The notes under the pieces are model-generated. The model saw nothing but the letters and a program-made list of their open reading frames with translations. It did no database searches and had not been told where the DNA came from. From Chloroflexota bacterium (GTDB lineage Bacteria; Chloroflexota; UBA11872; VXNJ01): a stretch of DNA of 64,000 nucleotides. The position numbers were made by a program, and so were the translations under genes. The stretch is taken from assembly GCA_965207915.1 (NCBI GenBank), contig OZ242304.1, positions 1,389,581 to 1,453,580 on the forward strand, given 5' to 3'. This document shows, piece by piece, positions 29,366 to 37,119 of the stretch (its first letter is position 1; each line of letters starts with the position of its first letter).

Positions 29366-30916
29366 ATGCAGGACGCGCTGTTCGGGACCGAAGTCGAGTT
29401 CGGCGTAACCGGCGCGGTCGACGCGCCGCTGGCGGCGGCGATGGTCAAGACCGAGATCTTCGACGGCTACCGCTACGGGGTGGTCGATCCGGCGCCCCGC
29501 GAGTGGGGCGAGACCCCCGCCAACGGCGGTTTTCTGTTCAACGGCGGTCGCCTGCTGATCGACTCCGGGCACCTCGAATACGCCACTCCCGAATGCCGCA
29601 CCCTGGCCTCGCTGGTGGCCCAGGAAATGGCCGTCGAGCAGATTCTGGGCGAGACGGTCGGGCGATTGGGCAAGGACGAGAGCATCTACTTCGTCAAGAG
29701 CAACACCGACTACTGTGGCAACACCTTCGGCTACCACGAGAGCTATTCGATGCGCCGCCGCCCCGACGACGACCTGGTCATCGCCGGGCTCATGCCGTTC
29801 CTGGTCACCCGCCAGATCTTCGCCGGGGCCGGGATGGTCTTCTTCGGCGGCCGCAACGAAGTGGCCCGGTACTTCATTTCGCAGCGGGCCCAGTTCGCCG
29901 ACGTGGGGGTTTCGCGGCGGGTCCGCTACGGCGGCCGCCCGATCATCAACCTGCGCGACGAGCCACTGGGGACCAGGGCCCGCCTGCACGTGATCATCGG
30001 CGACGCCAACCGTTCCGAATACGCCACCGCGCTCAAGATTGGCACGGCCGCGCTGGTAACCCAGCTCCTTGACGGCGGCTGGACCCAGCCGCTGACGCTC
30101 AGTACTCCGGTCCGCGATCTGCGCCAGATAGCGGCCAACACCGAGGGCGACTGGACGGTCCAGGACGAGCGCTACGGTTCGGTTTCCGCGGTGGAGGTGC
30201 AGCGCCTTTACCTGCACGAGGCCACGCGGCGCTTCGCCGGCCGCGACGCCGACACCGACTGGACGCTGGAGAACTGGGCCGCGGTGCTCGACCAGCTGGA
30301 AAGCGACCCCGAAAAGCTGAACGGCAAGCTGGACTGGGTCACCAAGCGCGGCGTGCTGCGCGAGGTCGCCGGCGAGAGCGAATCGGGCTGGAGCGATCGG
30401 GACCTGCTCAAGGTCGATCAGGCCTATCACATAGTGGGATCCGAGCAGAGCGTGTTCGCCGCGCTGCGCGAGCGCTCCGAGATGGGTTTTCTGCTGCCGG
30501 CGCCGGTGGCCCGGCGGGCGATCGCCTCCCCGCCCACCGACACCCGCGCGTTCGCCCGGGCCCAGGTCCTGCGGGCCCTGGCCGAGGCCGGCGCGGCCGA
30601 TCACGTGAACTGGCGGCGGCTGCGCAACGGACTGTCCGACTACGCACTGTGGGAGGGCCGCCTGTACCGGGTCTATTCCTACATTGACGGCTGGGAGGAG
30701 ATCGAGGCCTCCGGAGCCTGGGACGTGGTGCCCTACGTGCTGGACTGGGAATCAATCGCGGTCAACGGCGCGGTGCTGCAGATCAGCGATCCGTTTGAAC
30801 GCTATGCCGAGGATTCGGCCGCGTTCGCCGGGCAGATCGGCCAACTGCTCGAAGAACCCCCCTACGACGAGGCCGAATACGAGGAAGACGATCTCGATCC
30901 GGGGGAGGGCCTTTGA
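29366..30916 (+). CDS. Pup ligase/deamidase family protein (Dop-like by N-terminal motif GTEVEFG)
   Basis: The GTEVEFG N-terminus resembles the Dop GTEVEYG motif. Same fold as the 27608 gene and a paralog of it. Confidence 0.75.
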   Translation: MQDALFGTEVEFGVTGAVDAPLAAAMVKTEIFDGYRYGVVDPAPREWGETPANGGFLFNGGRLLIDSGHLEYATPECRTLASLVAQEMAVEQILGETVGRLGKDESIYFVKSNTDYCGNTFGYHESYSMRRRPDDDLVIAGLMPFLVTRQIFAGAGMVFFGGRNEVARYFISQRAQFADVGVSRRVRYGGRPIINLRDEPLGTRARLHVIIGDANRSEYATALKIGTAALVTQLLDGGWTQPLTLSTPVRDLRQIAANTEGDWTVQDERYGSVSAVEVQRLYLHEATRRFAGRDADTDWTLENWAAVLDQLESDPEKLNGKLDWVTKRGVLREVAGESESGWSDRDLLKVDQAYHIVGSEQSVFAALRERSEMGFLLPAPVARRAIASPPTDTRAFARAQVLRALAEAGAADHVNWRRLRNGLSDYALWEGRLYRVYSYIDGWEEIEASGAWDVVPYVLDWESIAVNGAVLQISDPFERYAEDSAAFAGQIGQLLEEPPYDEAEYEEDDLDPGEGL

Positions 30917-31938
30917 ACCCGGCCCTGGCGGCGATCTGGGAATGGGCCGGCTACGCGGTGCGCTCCGCCGGCTGGAAGATCCGGACCGGCCGGATCGAGG
31001 AGGCGCTGGCCGGGATCGAACTGTTCGAGCGGCTGTCCCCGGAATTTCGCCGCCAACTGGCCCGGCGCAGCCGGCTGCTGATCGCCGAGCCCGGGACGGT
31101 CATCACCGAACCCGGCATGCGCGACCGCAATCTCTACGTGCTGGCGGCCGGCTCGGTGCGACTCTCGGTGCCGAGCCATCCCGACGAGGGTCAGCGGCGC
31201 GGCTGGCTGGTCGGCGAGGGCGCGGCGTTCGGCAACTTCGAAAGGGTCCTGGGGCTGCCGGAAATGATCCACGCCTCGGCCGAGGCCCACAGCGAAGTCC
31301 TGGTCCTGGATGTCGGCTCGCTGCTCGGCGGGGAGGTCCAGCGCTCCGATCTGACCGCGGCCCTGAACGAGTCGTACCTGCGGACCGTGTTCGCCGCCTA
31401 CCTGCGCAACATCACCTACCTGGACCAACTCGAGGACGAGCAGATCGAATCGCTGGCGGCACGCTTCAGCTGGCGGCGCCACCCGGCCGGGGCAATCCTC
31501 TACCGTCAGGGCGACTACGGCACCGACTTCTACTTTCTGCGGCGCGGCCAGGCGCTGTTGCAGGTCTCGCACTTCGACCGCGGCCGCGGCCGCCGCCGGA
31601 CCCGTTTCCACGAACTCTCCGAAGGGGACCACTTCGGCGAACTGGCCCTGCTCGGGCAGACCGCGCGTCCGGCTTCTGTGCGGGCGATCACGGCGCTCTC
31701 TACGCTGGTGATCCGGCGCGACGCGCTGCTGGATTTTTATGCCGAATACCCGCAGACCCAGAGCGGCATAGAGCAGGGGATGCTCGACTACGTCTCCTCG
31801 CGAGCGTGGCTCGAAAAACACGACTTGCCGTCCCCACCGCGGCCGGATGTGAACTGGCTGGAACCGATGCACGACGACTCCAGGGTCGAATGGCTCAAGC
31901 GCAGCAGCGGCGATTCGGTCGCCGGGCTCGGCGCGTAA
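30913..31938 (+). CDS. Tandem cyclic-nucleotide-binding (cNMP/Crp-like effector) domain protein
   Basis: Two cNMP-binding domains (LFERLSPEF...GEGAAFG and FGELALLGQTARPASVRA). No output domain. The start overlaps the upstream stop by 4 nt. Confidence 0.7.
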   Translation: MNPALAAIWEWAGYAVRSAGWKIRTGRIEEALAGIELFERLSPEFRRQLARRSRLLIAEPGTVITEPGMRDRNLYVLAAGSVRLSVPSHPDEGQRRGWLVGEGAAFGNFERVLGLPEMIHASAEAHSEVLVLDVGSLLGGEVQRSDLTAALNESYLRTVFAAYLRNITYLDQLEDEQIESLAARFSWRRHPAGAILYRQGDYGTDFYFLRRGQALLQVSHFDRGRGRRRTRFHELSEGDHFGELALLGQTARPASVRAITALSTLVIRRDALLDFYAEYPQTQSGIEQGMLDYVSSRAWLEKHDLPSPPRPDVNWLEPMHDDSRVEWLKRSSGDSVAGLGA

Positions 31939-31942
31939 ACCG

Positions 31943-32500
31943 CTATCCGACGCTGGCCCCGGACAGGCCCAGCAGGTAGACGAAGTAGGGCGTGGAGGGG
32001 AACTCGACCGTCCACTGCCGGGCGCCGCTCAGGAATGCGGGCAGCGGCAGGAACCCGAAGCGCTCGATCGCCAACTGCAGTTGCATGGCCCCGTCCGCGG
32101 TGGCGGCGGTGGCCCGGCCGGCGAAGGCAACGTACACGTGCCCACGCAGTTCGCCCTCGATCGAGATCTGGGAACCGTCGATGCGCGCCCGCGCCCACTC
32201 CAGCTGCGGTGCGGCCCGGCCCGAGGCCGCCACGAAGTGGTTGAACGCCACCGCCGAAATGCCGATCTCGCGTCCACCGGCGGGATCCTCCACCACCGTC
32301 GAATCCTCGAGCACGGTGGCGAAATTCGGGGCCTCCGCCTCGTACCCGGCCAGGCGGCCGGCGCTCTCGGACGAGACTCCGGCCAGTTGCGGGACTGGCA
32401 GGATGCCGACGACCGCGGCAAGGTAGGCAACGTAAACCAGGCCCAGCGCGACGATTGCAAAGACGCCGAGCAGCACGGCCCGGAAGATCAACCCGATCAC
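31943..32500 (-). CDS. Hypothetical membrane-anchored protein
   Basis: N-terminal TM helices. 185 aa, no recognised domain. Confidence 0.4.
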   Translation of the reverse strand: MIGLIFRAVLLGVFAIVALGLVYVAYLAAVVGILPVPQLAGVSSESAGRLAGYEAEAPNFATVLEDSTVVEDPAGGREIGISAVAFNHFVAASGRAAPQLEWARARIDGSQISIEGELRGHVYVAFAGRATAATADGAMQLQLAIERFGFLPLPAFLSGARQWTVEFPSTPYFVYLLGLSGASVG

Positions 32501-32606
32501 GGCCTGGAATAGCCCATCGCGGAGGCTTGATAGGGGTCCGGCATTGTCAATAATGGGCCACAGGATAGCCGCTCAGGCGCAGCCGGTGAGATAGGCCCTG
32601 GCCCAG

Positions 32607-33683
32607 ATGGAATATCGCACGTTCGGCGACTCGGAGCTGGAAGTCTCGGTGATCGGGTTCGGCGGCTGGCCGATGGGCGGGTCAAATTACGGCCTGGTCG
32701 ACGACGGCGAAAGCAAGGCCGCGGTTCGGCGTGCGTTCGACCTGGGAATCACCTGTTTCGACAACGCCGCCGTCTACGGCGTGGGCCATTCCGAGCGCGT
32801 GATGGGGGCGGCGCTCAAACCGATACGCGACCAGATCGTGCTGGTGACCAAGTGCGGGCTGGCCTGGAACGACGAGGTCAAGCGCGTCGAGCGCAACGGC
32901 ACCCGGGAAAGCGTCATCGCATCCTGCGAGCGGAGCCTCAAGGATCTTGGGACCGACTACATCGACCTGCTGCTGGTCCACTGGCCCGACGTTTACACCC
33001 CCTTCGAGGAGACGATGCGGGCGCTCGAAGAACTCCGGCAGGCCGGCAAGATCCGCTACGCCGGGGTCTCCAACTTCATGCCCGAGATGCTGGAGGAGTG
33101 CCGGCGGCACCTGGGGATCGTGGCCAATCAGATGGGATATTCGCTGCTGGAACGCCGCATCGAGCGCGACGTGATGCCATGGTGTGAAGAAAACGGGATC
33201 GGGATCATGGGTTATGGCTCGCTGGCCCACGGCCTGCTCTCGGGGGCGATGGACGCCGGCCACCAGTTCGAGACCGGCGACTGGCGGGCTACCGGTCACG
33301 CATTCGGACTGCCGATCTTTGACCGCGAAAAGCACTTCCCGGCCAACGTGGAAGTCCAGAACCGGCTCCGCGCAATTGCCGTACGCGAAGGCCACACCCT
33401 GCCCGAACTTGCGACGGCCTGGGTTCTTGCCCAGGAGGTCGTGACCACCGCGCTGGTCGGATTCCGGACCCCGGCCGAAGTCGACGAGGCTGCCCGCGCG
33501 GCCGACTGGAAGCTCACGGCCGAGCTCTCCGCCGAGGTGACCGCGATCTCCGACGAGGCCTACCAGCGCAACGTCGCCGACGAGCTGTTGACCCCGCCGA
33601 TCGGAAACTGGAATCCGTGGAACCGGCAACCGCAGCGGTTCGGCACCGCCGGACTCTCGCCCTCCGATCGGACAGACGACTAG
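32607..33683 (+). CDS. Aldo/keto reductase (copy 1 of 3)
   Basis: MEYRTFGDSELEVSVIGFGGWPMGG and the AKR catalytic tetrad context (LGITCFDNAAVYG...HWPD). Confidence 0.85.
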   Translation: MEYRTFGDSELEVSVIGFGGWPMGGSNYGLVDDGESKAAVRRAFDLGITCFDNAAVYGVGHSERVMGAALKPIRDQIVLVTKCGLAWNDEVKRVERNGTRESVIASCERSLKDLGTDYIDLLLVHWPDVYTPFEETMRALEELRQAGKIRYAGVSNFMPEMLEECRRHLGIVANQMGYSLLERRIERDVMPWCEENGIGIMGYGSLAHGLLSGAMDAGHQFETGDWRATGHAFGLPIFDREKHFPANVEVQNRLRAIAVREGHTLPELATAWVLAQEVVTTALVGFRTPAEVDEAARAADWKLTAELSAEVTAISDEAYQRNVADELLTPPIGNWNPWNRQPQRFGTAGLSPSDRTDD

Positions 33684-33864
33684 GTTGCAGCCGCTCGCGC
33701 GGCGCCTTGAGAATCCCGGCTGTCCTTTTCCGGGCTCGTGAACGACCGGCCGCCGGCGGGTAGCTTTGAGGGACGAAGAGGGGCGTTGAATCCGTCAATA
33801 ATGGGCGGTCAATGCGCCCCGCGGACGCTCACCCTGCGCGGCGCCCGGGAATGGATGGACGGCG

Positions 33865-34902
33865 ATGGAATACCGCAAGTTTGGTGATTCGGAACTCGAG
33901 GTCTCGGTTGTCGGGTTCGGCGGCTGGCCGATGGGTGGAAATTACGGCGAGTCCGACGACAGCGAAGGCCAGGCTGCGGTGCGGCGCGCGCATGAATTGG
34001 GGGTCACCTGCTTCGACAACGCCGCCGTTTACGGGCAGGGGCACTCCGAGCGGGTGATGGGCGCGGCGCTCAAACCGATACGCGACCAGATCGTGCTGGT
34101 GACCAAGTGCGGACTTGACCGCGACCCCGAGGGCGGCGGAGTGATCCGCAACGGCACCCGTGCCCACGTGCTGGAGTCCTGCGAGCGGAGCCTGAAGAAC
34201 CTGGACACCGACTACATCGACCTGATGCTGGTCCACTGGCCGGACATCTTCACCCCATTCGAGGAGACCATGCGGGCGCTGGAAGAGCTCCACCGGACCG
34301 GCAAGATTCGCTACGCCGGGGTGTCGAACTTCCTGCCGGACATGCTGGAGGAATGCAAGAAGCACTTCGGCATCGTCGCCAACCAGATGGGCTACTCGAT
34401 GCTGGACCGGCGCATCGAACGCGACGTGATGCCCTGGTGCGGGCAGAACGGGATCGGGATCATGAGCTACGGCTCGCTGGCCCACGGCCTGCTGTCGGGG
34501 GCCATGACCGCCGAATACGAATTCAAGCCGAACGACTGGCGCTACTCGGGCAACGCCTTCGGACTGCCGTTTTTTGATCGCGCGAAGCACTTCCCGGCCA
34601 ACATCCAGACCCAGGACCGGCTGCGGGCGATCGCCGAGCGCGAGGGCCACACCCTCCCCGATCTGGCGCTCTCCTGGGTGGTCTCGCACGAGACGGTAAC
34701 CACCGCGCTGGTCGGATTCACCACTCCGGGACAGGTCGAGGATGCGGCCCGCGCGGCCGAGTGGAAACTCTCGCCCGAGCTCTACGCCGAAGTGACCGCG
34801 ATATCCGACGAGGCCTACCAGCGCAACGTCTCGGGCGAGATGATGGCCCCGCCGGTGGGAACCAAGAACGCCTGGAATCCCAACCCGACCAAGTTCGCCT
34901 AA
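33865..34902 (+). CDS. Aldo/keto reductase (copy 2 of 3)
   Basis: Paralog of copy 1 (MEYRKFGDSELEVSVVGFGGWPMGG). Confidence 0.85.
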   Translation: MEYRKFGDSELEVSVVGFGGWPMGGNYGESDDSEGQAAVRRAHELGVTCFDNAAVYGQGHSERVMGAALKPIRDQIVLVTKCGLDRDPEGGGVIRNGTRAHVLESCERSLKNLDTDYIDLMLVHWPDIFTPFEETMRALEELHRTGKIRYAGVSNFLPDMLEECKKHFGIVANQMGYSMLDRRIERDVMPWCGQNGIGIMSYGSLAHGLLSGAMTAEYEFKPNDWRYSGNAFGLPFFDRAKHFPANIQTQDRLRAIAEREGHTLPDLALSWVVSHETVTTALVGFTTPGQVEDAARAAEWKLSPELYAEVTAISDEAYQRNVSGEMMAPPVGTKNAWNPNPTKFA

Positions 34903-35033
34903 CCGTGGTCGCCGGGTGAGGCGTTGAACCGCCCGGGCCGGACCGCGCGCGGTCCGGCATTGCCAGAATTGGCGGCGCCAGAACCGCGCCGGCGCCGTGT
35001 CGGCCGCGTAGCCAGGGAATAGCCAAAAACGCC

Positions 35034-36110
35034 ATGGAATACCGCAAATTCGGAGATTCGGACCTCGAGGTCTCAGTAGTTGGTTTCGGCGGCTGGCCGA
35101 TGGGTGGTACCCAGTACGGCGAAGTCGACGACAGCGAGGGCCAGGACGCGGTTCGGCGGGCCTTTGACCTGGGGGTCACGTGTTTCGACAACGCCGCCGG
35201 CTACGGCCTGGGGCATTCCGAGCGGGTTATGGGCGCGGCGCTCAAGCCGATCCGCGACCAGATCGTGCTGGTTACCAAGTGCGGAATCGCCTGGAACGAC
35301 GCCGAAAAGCGGATGGAGCGCAACGGCACCCGCGCCCACGTCCTGGAGTCCTGCGAGCGAAGCCTGAAGAACCTGCAGACCGACTACATCGACCTGCTGC
35401 TGATCCACTGGCCCGACGTCGATACGCCGTTCGAGGAGACGATGCGCGCCCTGGAAGAGCTGCAGCAGGCCGGCAAGATCCGCTACGCCGGAGTCTCCAA
35501 CTTCATGCCCGAGATGCTTACCGAGTGCAAGAAGCACCTGGGGATAGTCGCCAACCAGATGGGCTACTCGATGCTGGAGCGCCGCATCGAGCGCGACGTG
35601 ATGCCCTGGTGCGAGCAGAACGGGGTGGGGATCATGAGCTACGGATCGCTGGCCCACGGCTTGCTCTCCGGCGCGATGCCGGCCGACTACCAGTTCGAAA
35701 CCTGGGACTGGCGCGATTCCGGCCATGCCTTCGGCATGCCGTTCTTCGACCGCCAGAAACACTTCCCGGCCAATGTCGAAACCCAGCACCGCCTGCAGGC
35801 GATCGCCGAACGCGAGGGGCACACCCTGCCCGATCTGGCCCTAGCCTGGGTGCTCTCGCACGAGGTCGTTTCCACCGCGCTGGTCGGGTTCCGGACCCCG
35901 GCCGAGGTCAACGACGCCGCGCGCGCGGCCGAGTGGAAACTCTCGCCCGAGCTCTACGCCGAAGTGACCGCGATATCCGACGAGGCCTACCAGCGCAACG
36001 TCGCCGACGAGATGATGGTTTCCCCCAAGGGCGGATGGAATCCCTGGAACCGCGAACCGCAGCGCTTTGCCGGCGGCGGCCGCGATCTGCCCGAAGACGA
36101 GGCCGAATAA
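35034..36110 (+). CDS. Aldo/keto reductase (copy 3 of 3)
   Basis: Paralog of copies 1 and 2. Shares a perfectly identical ~78-bp tract with copy 2. Confidence 0.85.
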   Translation: MEYRKFGDSDLEVSVVGFGGWPMGGTQYGEVDDSEGQDAVRRAFDLGVTCFDNAAGYGLGHSERVMGAALKPIRDQIVLVTKCGIAWNDAEKRMERNGTRAHVLESCERSLKNLQTDYIDLLLIHWPDVDTPFEETMRALEELQQAGKIRYAGVSNFMPEMLTECKKHLGIVANQMGYSMLERRIERDVMPWCEQNGVGIMSYGSLAHGLLSGAMPADYQFETWDWRDSGHAFGMPFFDRQKHFPANVETQHRLQAIAEREGHTLPDLALAWVLSHEVVSTALVGFRTPAEVNDAARAAEWKLSPELYAEVTAISDEAYQRNVADEMMVSPKGGWNPWNREPQRFAGGGRDLPEDEAE

Positions 36111-36126
36111 GGCCGGCCGGGGACCG

Positions 36127-36501
36127 TTGCCGGAAGAGCGTCTTTACTCGCTAAAAGAGGCTCGCGCACTGCTGCCGGCCACCGTTCGCCGGCTGGAGCA
36201 GATCGCGGAGCTCCGCGGGCAGATGCGGGCCTGGGGGAGCGCCGCCGAAGGGATTGCGCCGGCCGAGGGCGACGCACCCGGACTCGACGAACTGCTCGCG
36301 TCGATAAACGCACGGTTGCGCGAGCTCTCCGACGACGGGATCCTGGTTCGCGACCTGCGCAGCGGGATCATCGATTTCCCGGGCCGCGACGCCGACGGTC
36401 CGCTGTGCTGGTGCTTCCGGCTGGGCGAACCGGACATCCTCTTTTGGCACCGTCCCGACGAGGGTTTCGCGGGCCGCAAACCGGTGCAGGATTTCCAATG
36501 A
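36127..36501 (+). CDS. DUF2203-like conserved hypothetical protein
   Basis: TTG start giving MPEERLYSLKEARALLP, with the C-terminal CWCFRLGEPDILFWHRPDEGFAGRKP motif that I recall as characteristic of DUF2203. The track ORF start at 36067 overlaps the upstream AKR. Confidence 0.45.
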   Translation: MPEERLYSLKEARALLPATVRRLEQIAELRGQMRAWGSAAEGIAPAEGDAPGLDELLASINARLRELSDDGILVRDLRSGIIDFPGRDADGPLCWCFRLGEPDILFWHRPDEGFAGRKPVQDFQ

Positions 36502-36691
36502 ACGAGCGAAATAGCGCGGCAATCGAATAAAGCAACCCAGCTGAAATTGAAACGTTTTGTCAAATTGGCATTGCTATTCCATAAACGGTGATTTCACTAC
36601 TGTCCGAAACGGGAGAAGAATCGGAACCGGGAATTGAATACCGGACCATTTCTTGATTGGACTTGGAGCACAGTTAGTTTTTCCCGAATTT

Positions 36692-36744
36692 GCTTCCCCA
36701 ATTGGCAATCATTCGACGAAAGCTCGACACTCAATTGGGGAAGC
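36692..36744. repeat. Perfect 13-bp inverted repeat (GCTTCCCCAATTG ... CAATTGGGGAAGC) with 27-nt spacer
   Basis: Read directly from the AT-rich leader of the RNR gene. Could be an RNA hairpin or a protein-binding palindrome. Confidence 0.7.
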
Positions 36745-36998
36745 GAGTCGGACGGTTTGCAGTCCACGTGATCGATGGGCGTGGCGTATTCCGAATTTGG
36801 CCAATTGGGCGCCAAGATTTTTGGAACTGCGAAATTGACAATTCGTAGCAGGAAATTGCAAGCGCACAGTCGCTCACACGGTGGCGCATTTCCCAAGTGA
36901 ATCGTTTGATTCTTGGCTCGGAAATAAGCAGAACTGCGATAATTTCACTTTGGGCGTACGCAATAATTAGGCGAAATTGCCCCGTTTGGACCACCATG

Positions 36999-37014
36999 AC
37001 ACTAGATGTAGTGC
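36999..37014. promoter_or_regulatory. NrdR-box-like palindrome ACACTAGATGTAGTGC
   Basis: 13/16 match to the consensus NrdR box acaCwAtATaTwGtgt. Lies about 105 nt upstream of the RNR start codon. A second, weak half-match sits at 37068-37083. Confidence 0.4.
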
Positions 37015-37119
37015 CTCCGAATTGCCCAGCGCGATCGGTGCGACAACGATCAAAATTCGAACAATTGACAAAGATGTGGTGTTAGGTTTAAACGCTTGTA
37101 ATTAGTTAAATTTCGCCCG

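Noticed and set aside
37068-37083. Second NrdR box ACAAAGATGTGGTGTT
   Set aside because: It shares GATGT.GTG with box 1 but is a poor palindrome, and the spacing (about 69 bp) is atypical. Not reported as a feature.
36502-37119. Cobalamin (B12) riboswitch upstream of RNR
   Set aside because: No B12-box (GCCACTG) or the associated conserved stems were found by eye. Needs an Rfam scan to be definitive.
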